Source: Dehalococcoidia bacterium
GTDB lineage: Bacteria; Chloroflexota; Dehalococcoidia; UBA6926
Assembly: GCA_963666115.2 (NCBI GenBank)
Contig: CAXXET010000003.1
Span: forward strand, 1 to 64,000
DNA length: 64,000 nt
Reading direction: 5' to 3'
Positions 9,524-19,011 of the stretch are shown piece after piece. Under the pieces are notes generated by a model. It made no database searches, had not been told where the DNA came from, and worked only from the letters and a program-made list of their open reading frames with translations. A program made the position numbers and the translations under genes. Numbering within the stretch: the stretch's first letter is position 1; the number at the start of each line of letters is the position of its first letter.

Positions 9524-11014
9524 GTGACCACAGTTGACGAGACGATACAGGATGCCGCTCCTGGGACCAATGTGGAACTCAGGAGCATCGCCCAGCAGGA
9601 CTACAAGTACGGCTTCATCACCGAGATCGAAACCGATACCGTCCCCCCCGGCCTCACCGAAGACACCGTCCGCCTCATCTCATCCAAGAAGAATGAGCCG
9701 GAGTGGATGCTGGAATGGCGCCTCAAGGCATTCCGCCACTGGGAGACCCTGTTGGACAAGGAGCAGATCCCGGACTGGGCGCACATCAAGCATCCCCCCA
9801 TCAACTTCCAGGACATCATCTACTACTCCGCTCCCAAGCCAAAGGAGCAGCTCAGCAGCCTCGATGAGGTCGATCCCGAAGTCCTCTCAACCTTTGAAAA
9901 GCTGGGCATCCCCCTTGAGGAGCAGAAGCGTCTCGCCGGCGTTGCCGTGGACGCCGTCTTTGACAGCGTGTCCGTCGCCACCACCTTCAAGGAAAAGCTC
10001 GCCGAGCTCGGCATCATCTTCTCCTCCTTCTCGGAGGCCATCCAGGACCACCCGGAGCTCGTCCGCAAGTACCTCGGCTCCGTCGTCCCCTACACCGACA
10101 ACTTCTATGCCGCCCTCAACGCCGCCGTCTTCTCTGACGGCTCCTTCTGCTACATCCCAAAGGGCGTCCGCTGCCCCATGGAGCTAACCACCTACTTCCG
10201 CATCAATACCGAGAACAGCGGCCAGTTTGAGCGAACGCTGATCGTCGCCGACGAAAGCTCCTACGTCAGCTACCTCGAGGGGTGCAGTGCCCCCATCCGC
10301 GACACCAACCAGCTCCACGCCGCCGTCGTTGAGCTTGTCGCCATGGACGACGCCGAGATCAAGTACTCCACCATCCAGAACTGGTATCCCGGCGACGAAA
10401 ACGGCAAGGGCGGCATCTACAACTTCGTCACCAAGCGTGGCAAGTGCCTGGGCGCGCGCTCAAAGATATCCTGGACGCAGGTCGAAACCGGCTCCGCCAT
10501 CACCTGGAAGTACCCCAGCGTCCTTCTCCAGGGCGACGATTCCATCGGTGAGTTCTATTCCGTCGCGCTCGTCAAGGGCCGCCAGCAGGCCGACACCGGC
10601 TCCAAGATGACCCACATCGGCAAGCGCACGAAGAGCACCATCATCGCCAAGGGCGTATCAGCCGGACAGGCGGAGAACACCTATCGCGGCCTCGTCCGCG
10701 TCAACCCCGGCGCCGATGATTCCTGGAACTTCACCCAGTGCGACTCCCTCCTCATCGGCGACCGGTGCGGCGCGCACACCACCCCGTACGTCGAGGTCAA
10801 GAACAAGTCCGCCCGCCTGGAGCATGAGGCGTTCACCTCCCGCGTCAGCGAAGACCAGCTCTTCTACTGCAACTCGCGCGGCATCTCCGTTGAAAAGGCC
10901 CACTCCATGATCATCAACGGCTTCTGCGAAGAGGTCTTCAAGAAGCTCCCCTTTGAATTCGCCGTAGAAGCCACCCGCCTCCTCGAACTAAACCTCGAAG
11001 GCACCGTCGGCTAG
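9524..11014 (+). CDS. sufB: Fe-S cluster assembly protein SufB
   Basis: [34 protein letters not shown] motifs. Confidence 0.96.
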   Translation: MTTVDETIQDAAPGTNVELRSIAQQDYKYGFITEIETDTVPPGLTEDTVRLISSKKNEPEWMLEWRLKAFRHWETLLDKEQIPDWAHIKHPPINFQDIIYYSAPKPKEQLSSLDEVDPEVLSTFEKLGIPLEEQKRLAGVAVDAVFDSVSVATTFKEKLAELGIIFSSFSEAIQDHPELVRKYLGSVVPYTDNFYAALNAAVFSDGSFCYIPKGVRCPMELTTYFRINTENSGQFERTLIVADESSYVSYLEGCSAPIRDTNQLHAAVVELVAMDDAEIKYSTIQNWYPGDENGKGGIYNFVTKRGKCLGARSKISWTQVETGSAITWKYPSVLLQGDDSIGEFYSVALVKGRQQADTGSKMTHIGKRTKSTIIAKGVSAGQAENTYRGLVRVNPGADDSWNFTQCDSLLIGDRCGAHTTPYVEVKNKSARLEHEAFTSRVSEDQLFYCNSRGISVEKAHSMIINGFCEEVFKKLPFEFAVEATRLLELNLEGTVG

Positions 11015-11019
11015 ACCCC

Positions 11020-12369
11020 ATGGCCACCACGACGAATCCCCTCGAAACCTATGTCGATGACTTCGCCGACGCCGCCCGTGCCTACCAGGCCGCCCGCGCC
11101 GGCAAAGACCCGGACTGGATAGCCAATATCCGCGCTGAGGCGTTGAACAGTTTCCGGGAACTCGGCCTACCAACAGCCCGCCGCGGCAACGAAGAATGGA
11201 AATACACAGACATCCGCCCCCTAATCCGCCAGGCCTTCTCACCCCCTGTCATTGAGCCCCATGTCATTCTGAGCGCAGCGAAGAATCCCTCAACTCCCCC
11301 CCCCACACCCAACCCCGCATGGCACACCATCACCCTCGTAGACGGCCGCTACTCCCCTGACCTTTCAGCTTCGGGCAGCCTCCCCAACAACGTCATCACC
11401 GGCAGCCTCGCAGAAGCCGTCCACTCCAACGCCGATGACGTCCGCGCCCACCTCGCCCGCCTTGCAGACCACACCGAACACGGCTTCACCGCCCTCAACA
11501 CTGCTCTCGCCGCGGACGGCGCAATCGTCTTAATCCCCCCCCAAACCGCCGTCGAGCAGCCCATCCAAATCGTCTACGTTTCCACCGAGCAAACGCAGGG
11601 AGCCGCCTCCCTCCCCCGCACCCTCGTCATCGCCGGAGAGGACTCCTCCGCGTCCATCATCGAAACCCACGTCTCCACGTCCGAACATCCCCACCTAACC
11701 AACGCCGTCACGGAAATCGTCGTCGGCGCGGGCGCGAACGTCTCCTACTGCAAGATTCAGCAGGAAAACGAATCCACCTACAACGTCTCGACCACCCAGG
11801 TGGAGGTCAACGAAAACGCCTCGTTCCGCTCCATGGCCATCGACGTCGGCGGACGCCTCACCCGCAACAACCTCACCATCGTCATGGCGGGCGAGGGCTC
11901 GAACAGCGACGTGCGCGGCGCATACGTCATCTCCCGTGACCAGCACGTCGATAACCAGGTCACCGTCGACCATTTGGTAGGCCACAACGACATGAACGAG
12001 CTCTACAAGGGAATCCTCGATGGCCGCGCCCGTTCAGTCTTCCACGGCAGCATCATCGTCCGCCCCAACGCTGCCAAGGTGAACGCCAACCAGGTCGACA
12101 AGAACCTGCTCCTCTCAAACGAGGCCGAAGCCGACACCAAGCCCGCCTTCTGGATCTACTGCGATGACGTTCTCTGCGGACACGGCGCGGCATGTGGCAA
12201 CCTCGATGATGACGCCATGTTCTATCTCCAAAGCCGCGGCATCGACGAAGAAGACGCCCGCATGATGCTCATTCGCGCCTACGTCTCGGAGATCGTCGAC
12301 GCCATCCGGGAGCCGTCGATTTACGACCACGTCGCAGCCCTCATCGCGGACAAACTGGATAATATGTAG
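11020..12369 (+). CDS. sufD: Fe-S cluster assembly protein SufD
   Basis: EEWKYTD, LYKGIL, NLLLS..AEADTKP, CGHGA, FYLQSRGI. Confidence 0.92.
   Translation: MATTTNPLETYVDDFADAARAYQAARAGKDPDWIANIRAEALNSFRELGLPTARRGNEEWKYTDIRPLIRQAFSPPVIEPHVILSAAKNPSTPPPTPNPAWHTITLVDGRYSPDLSASGSLPNNVITGSLAEAVHSNADDVRAHLARLADHTEHGFTALNTALAADGAIVLIPPQTAVEQPIQIVYVSTEQTQGAASLPRTLVIAGEDSSASIIETHVSTSEHPHLTNAVTEIVVGAGANVSYCKIQQENESTYNVSTTQVEVNENASFRSMAIDVGGRLTRNNLTIVMAGEGSNSDVRGAYVISRDQHVDNQVTVDHLVGHNDMNELYKGILDGRARSVFHGSIIVRPNAAKVNANQVDKNLLLSNEAEADTKPAFWIYCDDVLCGHGAACGNLDDDAMFYLQSRGIDEEDARMMLIRAYVSEIVDAIREPSIYDHVAALIADKLDNM
11261..11288 (+). repeat. REP-like element inserted in frame within sufD
   Basis: ATGTCATTCTGAGCGCAGCGAAGAATCC, same as intergenic copies, encodes VILSAAKNP. 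Confidence 0.85.
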
Positions 12370-12387
12370 AGGAGTGGAGGTGTTGCA

Positions 12388-13536
12388 ATGAGCACGGATT
12401 CCGCTCCGCTCCGTATCGCAGTCATCGGCTCGACCGGCTCGCTTGGCCGGATCGTCCTCTCGGTAGCCCGTTCGCTTGGCGACAACGTCCGTATCGTCGG
12501 CCTCGCCGCCGGTTCCAATCTTGAGCGCCTCGCCGAGCAGATTCAGGAATACCGCCCCTCCCTCGCCGGGTTCGCCCGTGGACGATGGCGCGAAGAAGTC
12601 CCGGAGGGCGTCGAGTTCAAGTCCATCAACGACATCGTGTCCTCTCCCGATGTTGACATGGCCGTCATCGCCAGCGTCGGGCGCAACAGCCTTGAAGCCG
12701 CGTGGGCTGCGATCGACGCCGGCAAGCGCGTCGCCATCGGCAACATTGACACCCTCTACATCGCCGGCTCCCTGCTCGCCCGCCGCGCCAAGGAGACCGG
12801 CGCGGAAATCTTTCCCCTCGATGATGAGCCTGTCGGCGTCTGGCAAACCCTCTGGGGTGAGACCCCGGAATCCGTCCGCCAGGTCACCATGACCTCCACC
12901 TGGGGCACCGTCCAGGCCCGACGCCTCCCCCGCCACGGCACCCAGATGCCCGCCACTATGCCCAATGCCCGTCCTGCCCGCAACGTTGGCCGCAAGCGGT
13001 CCATCGATGCGTCAACCCTCATGGTCAAGGCAACCCAGGTCGCCGTCGTCAACTCCCTCTATGACATCCCCCTCGAAAACATCAATATCCTCTTCCATCC
13101 GCAGGGCCTCGTCCGCGCACTGACCGAGTTCAAAGATGGATCGGTCAAATCCGCCCTCTTCATCCCGGACATGCGCGTCCCCGTCCAGCTTTCTCTCGCA
13201 TACCCCAACCGCTGGGCAAACGCCGAGATCAACCGCGTCGACCTTCTCGCGGAGGGACGCCTTTCCTTTGAGCCGCTCGAGTACGACCTCTTCCCCTGCT
13301 ACGGCATTGCAATAGAGGCCGCGCGGCAGGGTGAGACCTACCCCGCCGTCGTCGCTGCCGCCAACGATGCCGCCATTGAACTCTTCCTCTCCCAGCAGAT
13401 CGGCCTCACGGACATCCCCAAGATCATCGACGGCGCAGCCAACGCTCACCGCCCCCAGCCCAGTGACAGCCGTGAAAGCATCATCGAGGCCATGGACTGG
13501 GCCAAGACCTACGTTGGCGGCCAGGTGCCGCACTAA
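12388..13536 (+). CDS. DXP reductoisomerase (Dxr)-like protein with degenerate active site
   Basis: GSTGSLG, GLAAGSN, HPQ, PDMRVP, AANDAA align to Dxr, but NKES, DSEH, HPNW and NKGLE motifs are altered. Confidence 0.8.
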   Translation: MSTDSAPLRIAVIGSTGSLGRIVLSVARSLGDNVRIVGLAAGSNLERLAEQIQEYRPSLAGFARGRWREEVPEGVEFKSINDIVSSPDVDMAVIASVGRNSLEAAWAAIDAGKRVAIGNIDTLYIAGSLLARRAKETGAEIFPLDDEPVGVWQTLWGETPESVRQVTMTSTWGTVQARRLPRHGTQMPATMPNARPARNVGRKRSIDASTLMVKATQVAVVNSLYDIPLENINILFHPQGLVRALTEFKDGSVKSALFIPDMRVPVQLSLAYPNRWANAEINRVDLLAEGRLSFEPLEYDLFPCYGIAIEAARQGETYPAVVAAANDAAIELFLSQQIGLTDIPKIIDGAANAHRPQPSDSRESIIEAMDWAKTYVGGQVPH

Positions 13537-13544
13537 CGAACACA

Positions 13545-15410
13545 ATGCCTTTTGCCGCTGTCCGCCGCCCCCTCCTTGCCCTGGCGCTTGCGCTCGCCGT
13601 AATCGCCGCCCTCGCCGCGTGCAGCCCCAACGAATACAAGGGCGGACTCGATCCGACGACCCAGCCCGAATCCGCTCCCCCCGTCACCATCGTCGGAATA
13701 CCAACCCTCACTCCCACGCCGCCTCCGCCCACCCCCACACCCACGCCTGTGCCCACCGTAGTCCCGCCCACCCCTGAGCCTGAAGTGCTCAGGCTGGTCT
13801 ATTGGCAGGCCCCCACCCTCCCCTTCTCATATCTTGCGGCAGGCACAAAGGACGTGGAAGCCGCCTCGATAACCCTGGAGCCGCTCGCGCTCTACGGCCC
13901 GGACGCCAACCTCGTTCCGCGCTTGGCGAAAGAGATCCCCAGCGTCGAAAACGGCGGCGTCTCCGAAGATTCCATGACCGTCACGTGGCGCCTCAAGGAC
14001 GGCCTGCAATGGTCGGACGGCACGGACGTCACCTCCCGGGACGTCATCTTCACGTGGCAGTATTGCGCCGCCGAAGGCGCCGGTTGCATCGCGGCGGACT
14101 CATTCGAGCTTATTGACGACATCACGGCCATCGACGCCCGCGAATTTCAGATCACGTTGACGGAGGCAGCCGCCAGTCCCCAGCATGTCTTTGTCGGCGC
14201 GGGGTTGCCGATCATCAGCGCCGACCAATTCGCCGCCTGCCTTGGCCCCGCCGCCCGGACGTGCGATGAACAAAATACCGCGCCGCTCGGCACGGGGCCC
14301 TTCCGCATTGTCGAATTCGTCGCCGGTGACAACGCCTCCTCCGTCCTGTATGAGAGAAACCCCTACTACCACGGCCCCGCCCCATACTTCGATAACGTCA
14401 TCCTCACCGGAGGCGGGACTGCGGAAGAGGCGGCGTTCAAGGTCCTGTTCAATGATGTCGCCGATTACGCCTGGAACCTCCAGATTGCCCCTGATCAACT
14501 CGCGGAAGTCGCAGAGGCCGGACGCGGCCGGCTCATCACCCCCTACGCAAGCTCCGTCGAGCGCGTCGTCCTCAACCAGACCAACCCGGACCCCGCCCTC
14601 GGCGAAAACCGCTCCGAACACCTCGACGGACAGAATCCGCACCCCTTCCTCTCCTTCGCCCCCATCCGCCAGGCCATGTCCATGGCAATCGACCGCCAGC
14701 GCATCGTCGATGACTACTACGGCGTCGCAGGACGCCCCACCTGCAACATCATCGCCGCGCCCGCCCAATTCAGTTCCGACGCCAACGACGCCTGCCTCAT
14801 GCAGGACATAGCCGGCGCGCAGGCCCTCCTTGACGCCAATGGCGTCATCGACACGAACGCCGATGGCATCCGCGAACACAACGGCGTCCCCCTCCGCATC
14901 GTCTTCCAGACCTCCGCCAACGCCGTGCGCGAGGGCACGTTCGGACTCCTGCAGGAGTGGTGGCGCGAAATCGGTATCGAGAGCGAGCTTGTCACCCATA
15001 ACGCGAGCGTCTTCTTCGGCGGTGATCCGGCGGTAGAGACCGCCTCCTTCCGACGCTTCTTTGCCGACGCCCAGATGTTCACCATCGGGCCCGGCCCCAA
15101 TCCGCAAGGCCATCTGTCCGATTACCGTTGCGCGCACGTCCCGCAGCGCGCCAACTCCTGGGCGGATGCCAACACGTCCCGCATGTGCGACCAGGAATAC
15201 GATGCCCTCTACGACGCCTTGGCAGAAACCACGCCCGGGCCGGAGCGGCAGGCCGCCGTCAAGCAGTTGAACGACGTCATCGTCCAACAGGCCTATGAGA
15301 TTCCGCTCGTATGGCGGGCGCTGGTTTCGGCCACGGCCAACACCCTGCTCGGCGTGAAGCCCAACGCATGGGACACCGAACTCTGGAACATCGGAGAATG
15401 GCATCGCTAG
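13545..15410 (+). CDS. peptide/nickel ABC transporter substrate-binding lipoprotein (family 5)
   Basis: LAAC lipobox, PRLA..IPSVENGG, WSDG..VTSRDV.FTW, PLGTGPF. Confidence 0.9.
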   Translation: MPFAAVRRPLLALALALAVIAALAACSPNEYKGGLDPTTQPESAPPVTIVGIPTLTPTPPPPTPTPTPVPTVVPPTPEPEVLRLVYWQAPTLPFSYLAAGTKDVEAASITLEPLALYGPDANLVPRLAKEIPSVENGGVSEDSMTVTWRLKDGLQWSDGTDVTSRDVIFTWQYCAAEGAGCIAADSFELIDDITAIDAREFQITLTEAAASPQHVFVGAGLPIISADQFAACLGPAARTCDEQNTAPLGTGPFRIVEFVAGDNASSVLYERNPYYHGPAPYFDNVILTGGGTAEEAAFKVLFNDVADYAWNLQIAPDQLAEVAEAGRGRLITPYASSVERVVLNQTNPDPALGENRSEHLDGQNPHPFLSFAPIRQAMSMAIDRQRIVDDYYGVAGRPTCNIIAAPAQFSSDANDACLMQDIAGAQALLDANGVIDTNADGIREHNGVPLRIVFQTSANAVREGTFGLLQEWWREIGIESELVTHNASVFFGGDPAVETASFRRFFADAQMFTIGPGPNPQGHLSDYRCAHVPQRANSWADANTSRMCDQEYDALYDALAETTPGPERQAAVKQLNDVIVQQAYEIPLVWRALVSATANTLLGVKPNAWDTELWNIGEWHR

Positions 15411-15446
15411 CCCGCCAACCCTGGCGTCCGCATCCCCTCGGCAGGA

Positions 15447-16097
15447 ATGTACTACTACGATCTCCACTCCCATTCCGTCGCCTCTGACGATTCACGCGCC
15501 ACGGTAGAACAATATCTCAAGTGGATTGTCACGTTGAAAAAACGTGGCATGAAGATCGATGGCATCGTGCTGACTGAGCACCGCCAGTTCTCCCTGGACA
15601 AGGACTACTCCGCCTTGGCGGAGCAATTCGGCATCGCCGTTCTCAAGGGCGCTGAGCTCGATACCCGCCACGGCCACTTCCTCGTCTACGGCATCACGGA
15701 AAAACTCACCGAAGCCATAGACCCGACCGACGTCGCCATGGACTCGCACCGCCTCATGGACGTCGCCGACTCCTGCGGCGCAATCGCAATACCCGCCCAC
15801 CCCGGACGCGCCGGCATCGGCCTCGCCGGATACATCGCGGACGGCATAGAGTTCCCGCAGGTCAACATCGTTGAGAGCCTCAACGGCGGAAATCGCCCCG
15901 AAGAAGCCGCCGCAGCCGAGAAATTGGTTGCCGAAAAGGGCTACTCTGGTATCGGAGGCAGCGACGCCCACTTCGTCAGCGCCATCGCACGCTGCCTCAC
16001 CGCCTTTGACGGCCCGGTCTCCTCTGAGGCGGAGTTGGTAGAGGCCATAAGATCATTGGAGTTCAAAGCCGTCAGGCTGGAGGAAACACAGGAGTAG
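15447..16097 (+). CDS. PHP-domain metallophosphoesterase
   Basis: DLHSHS..SDD, LTEH, AHP, GGSDAH. Confidence 0.85.
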   Translation: MYYYDLHSHSVASDDSRATVEQYLKWIVTLKKRGMKIDGIVLTEHRQFSLDKDYSALAEQFGIAVLKGAELDTRHGHFLVYGITEKLTEAIDPTDVAMDSHRLMDVADSCGAIAIPAHPGRAGIGLAGYIADGIEFPQVNIVESLNGGNRPEEAAAAEKLVAEKGYSGIGGSDAHFVSAIARCLTAFDGPVSSEAELVEAIRSLEFKAVRLEETQE

Positions 16098-16099
16098 CC

Positions 16100-16579
16100 A
16101 TGACCACGACCACCCCCCAGCTCACCTACAACGAAGACATCCTCCACAAGGAGCAGTTCACCGGCGTCGTTGAACTCACGCCCGAACTCGTTGACCGCTA
16201 TACCGAGTTGATCGGCATCCCCAAGCCGGACACGGCGGACGATGGCCGCGTCGAAGCCCCCACCGCCATGCTCAACGTCTTCTTCACCCGCAACCAGGAG
16301 CAGGGCGCGGACGTCAAGCTGGAGGGCGCGACCGTCGGCCTCAACGCCGGCCGCGCCATTGAGCTCCACGCCCCCATCTACGTCGGCGACCGCCTCACCC
16401 GCTACGCCGTCCTCCAGGATGTCTACTCCAAGACCGGACGCTCCGGCACAATGGCCTTTGAAGTCTGGGAGATACTCTTCCGCAACGATGCCGGCGAGCT
16501 TGTCGCCCGCGCCCGCGACTCCATGGTCTTTCGCGCCCCCGGCGTCGCGCCGCCGCGCGAGGGGGAGGCCCAATCATGA
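16100..16579 (+). CDS. MaoC-like dehydratase subunit (hotdog fold)
   Basis: LNAG..IELHAPIYVGDRL...SKTGRSG.M.F...RNDAGELVA. Confidence 0.78.
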   Translation: MTTTTPQLTYNEDILHKEQFTGVVELTPELVDRYTELIGIPKPDTADDGRVEAPTAMLNVFFTRNQEQGADVKLEGATVGLNAGRAIELHAPIYVGDRLTRYAVLQDVYSKTGRSGTMAFEVWEILFRNDAGELVARARDSMVFRAPGVAPPREGEAQS

Positions 16580-17031
16580 CGGACAATCAGGTCCTCGCGG
16601 ACATCGGCGACGAGGTCCCCCCCATCGAGTGGACGCCCCACACGTCGTGGGTCAAGGACATGATGGCGCTCTCCGGCTGGCTCAATGACAATGACGCCGA
16701 GCGCGGCTCCATGTCCGGCCCCAATCGTTTCACGGACGAAGACGCCGCCCGCAGCGAGGGATTCAACAGCATGATCGTCCCCGGCAACCTCGGCATGACT
16801 GCCATGGAAACTGCCCTCCAACAGTGGCTCCCCAACGGGCGCATCGAAAAGCTCGATTGCGTCTTCCGGATGCCTGTCAACCAGGGCGAGACATACACCG
16901 CCACCGGCGTCGTCACCGACCGCCACGACGAGCCGGGCCGCGTCATCCTCGAAATCGACGTCTACCTCCTCAACGCCGACAACCTTCGTCCGCAGGGAGG
17001 CACCGCAGTTGTTATCATAAAAACGGCCTAA
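16576..17031 (+). CDS. MaoC family dehydratase subunit
   Basis: FTDEDAARSEGFNSMIVPG, FRMPV..GET; overlaps previous gene (ATGA). Confidence 0.78.
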   Translation: MTDNQVLADIGDEVPPIEWTPHTSWVKDMMALSGWLNDNDAERGSMSGPNRFTDEDAARSEGFNSMIVPGNLGMTAMETALQQWLPNGRIEKLDCVFRMPVNQGETYTATGVVTDRHDEPGRVILEIDVYLLNADNLRPQGGTAVVIIKTA

Positions 17032-17096
17032 AACGGCTTAAACGACGATAAAAAAGTTTACATTGTGAAAAAAATACTCTGCAGGAGGGATAGGGC

Positions 17097-17627
17097 ATGG
17101 CCATTTATTCAATCAACGGGATGACACCGCAGATCGATCCCACCGCTTTTATCGCCCCGTCGGCAAGCATCATAGGTGACGTCGTCATAGGCCCCAACGT
17201 AAGCGTCTGGTTCAACGCAACTCTACGTGGCGACTCCGGCCGCATCACCGTCGGCGAGAACACCAACATCCAGGACGGCGCAGTCCTCCACGAGGAAACC
17301 ACCATCGGCGCCAACTGCGTCATCGCCCACATGACCCTCGTCCACCACGTCACCACGGGCGACAACGTCCTAATTGCGAACGGCGCGAAGTGCGTAGGAG
17401 CCCCCGGCCCCGCCGAGATCGAAATCGGCGAAGGCGCAATCGTCGGCGCAGGTTCGCTAGTCACCCCCGGTACAAAAATCGAGCCCAACACCCTGGTAAT
17501 GGGCAGCCCCGCCAAGCCCGCCCGTGAAGTAGATGACCGCCTCAGAGGCGTCCAGCAAGGCCCCCTAAAAGCCTACCTAAAGAGCAAAGATGACTACCTC
17601 GGAGAAGGCTTCCAGGAGGTTCGCTAA
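17097..17627 (+). CDS. gamma carbonic anhydrase family protein
   Basis: PQIDPTAFIAPSASIIGDV, LRGD, NIQDGAVLH hexapeptide repeats. Confidence 0.9.
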   Translation: MAIYSINGMTPQIDPTAFIAPSASIIGDVVIGPNVSVWFNATLRGDSGRITVGENTNIQDGAVLHEETTIGANCVIAHMTLVHHVTTGDNVLIANGAKCVGAPGPAEIEIGEGAIVGAGSLVTPGTKIEPNTLVMGSPAKPAREVDDRLRGVQQGPLKAYLKSKDDYLGEGFQEVR

Positions 17628-17998
17628 CCCCCACCCCCATACAAGTAGTCCGTCACCGCCAAAATCGCGTTGTACAGATACGCGATGTACTCATGCAGCG
17701 GCAGGTCCAGCGGCCTGATCTCCTCCCGACGGTCCGCGTACTCCTGCGCCCCCAGCGTCTCGAACGTCGCACGTACGACTAGCTCATATATTTCACCGTC
17801 AGGGCACACCACGATAGGCCCTCGCTCCGGCGACTCCATCTCCCGCGGCTCCACCTCAATCGCCTCCAACGGCGAATCAGGAAACACCGAAGGAAACCGC
17901 TCAATCTGGTCGATAGCCGCCAGCAGCGTCTCCCGCAGATCGCCCACGCTCCTCTGCAAAACAGAATCGCTCCGCGCCCGCAAAGTCAAAACATCCAC
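17624..17998 (-). CDS. hypothetical protein
   Basis: 124 aa ORF filling the gap between gamma-CA and the tRNA promoter; no recognised motif. Confidence 0.55.
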   Translation of the reverse strand: MDVLTLRARSDSVLQRSVGDLRETLLAAIDQIERFPSVFPDSPLEAIEVEPREMESPERGPIVVCPDGEIYELVVRATFETLGAQEYADRREEIRPLDLPLHEYIAYLYNAILAVTDYLYGGGG

Positions 17999-18000
17999 CT

Positions 18001-18030
18001 TTGACCCCCCTCCCCATCAAAACGTATCAT
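18001..18030 (+). promoter_or_regulatory. promoter of tRNA pair
   Basis: TTGACC, 18 bp spacer, TATCAT immediately upstream of tRNA. Confidence 0.55.
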
Positions 18031-18051
18031 AGAAGAGCACCCCCCCGGCGC

Positions 18052-18126
18052 GGCAACGTAGCTCAGCGGCAGAGCGGGCGCTTCATAAGCGCTAGGTCAC
18101 AGGTTCGAATCCTGTCGTTGCCACCA
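18052..18126 (+). tRNA. tRNA with CAT anticodon, most likely elongator tRNA-Met
   Basis: Acceptor GGCAACG/CGTTGCC, D arm GCTC/GAGC, anticodon loop TTCATAA, GGTTCGAATCC, encoded CCA; paired 1-72 excludes initiator. Confidence 0.93.
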
Positions 18127-18178
18127 CAACACGCACAACGGCGCGCCTGAACCCCGCAAGGGGGGCAAGTCGGACGAC

Positions 18179-18255
18179 GGGCGGTTAGCTCAGCTGGTTA
18201 GAGCGCTTCCTTCACACGGAAGAGGTCACAGGTTCGAGTCCTGTATCGCCCACCA
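18179..18255 (+). tRNA. tRNA-Val(CAC)
   Basis: Acceptor GGGCGGT/ATCGCCC, stem CTTCC/GGAAG with loop TTCACAC, GGTTCGAGTCC, CCA. Confidence 0.95.
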
Positions 18256-18272
18256 CCCCCCACGGAGACCCC

Positions 18273-18995
18273 ATGCCCCGCATCAAACTCGCCAACAAAA
18301 CCGTCGAATACACCCTCCGCCGCAGCGCCCGCCGCCGCAAAACCGTCGAATTCCGCCTGGTCGGCGGCGAACTCGTCGTCTCCGCCCCCATGCGCGCCCC
18401 CATGCGTGAGCTTGAAGAAATGCTCCGCAAGCGCGCCGACTGGATCCTCGAGAACCTCGGCAAGGAAATCCAAAAGCGCGCCCCCATGCGATTCCTCACC
18501 GGCGAAACCCTCCCCTACCTCGGCCAAAACGTGCCGATTATGACCGAACATACAAACCAACTGCGTCCCCAAATCATATATGACGACTCCCACTTCCGAA
18601 TCGCCGTCCCGGACACCCTCTCAGAAGATGACCGCACAGAAGCCATACACGCCGCAATCGCCGAATGGTATCAGAACCGCGCCGCGGAGCGCGTCCCGGA
18701 AGTCGTGAAGCAATGGTGGCCCCAACTGGGCCGAGGCCAAATGTCGCGCATACTCATCCGAAATCAGCGCAAGCGATGGGGCAGCTGCTCCACAGACGGC
18801 ACTCTCCGCTTCAGCTGGCGCATAATGATGCTGGAACCCACCCTGATCGAACTAATAGTAGTCCACGAACTAGCCCACCTAACCCACCAAAACCACTCAA
18901 AAGACTTCTGGTCATTCGTCCAAACCGCCCTCCCGGACACCCCCCAAAGACGCAAAACCCTCCGGGAATCCAGCCGCGCCCTCCCCGCCCTCTGA
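18273..18995 (+). CDS. SprT/YgjP (DUF45) family zinc metallo-hydrolase
   Basis: RWGSCS, VVHELAHL.H.NHS..FW. Confidence 0.9.
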   Translation: MPRIKLANKTVEYTLRRSARRRKTVEFRLVGGELVVSAPMRAPMRELEEMLRKRADWILENLGKEIQKRAPMRFLTGETLPYLGQNVPIMTEHTNQLRPQIIYDDSHFRIAVPDTLSEDDRTEAIHAAIAEWYQNRAAERVPEVVKQWWPQLGRGQMSRILIRNQRKRWGSCSTDGTLRFSWRIMMLEPTLIELIVVHELAHLTHQNHSKDFWSFVQTALPDTPQRRKTLRESSRALPAL

Positions 18996-19011
18996 AAGCT
19001 ACAATTGCCCC

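Noticed and set aside
17019-17080. AT-rich patch with AAAACGGC direct repeats and TTTACATTGTGAAA near-palindrome
   Set aside because: Consistent with an ordinary promoter region; too short to call an origin or a specific operator.
18052-18126. tRNA-CAT as initiator Met or Ile2
   Set aside because: Paired 1-72 excludes initiator; the acceptor stem resembles elongator Met more than Ile2, though Ile2 is not fully excluded.
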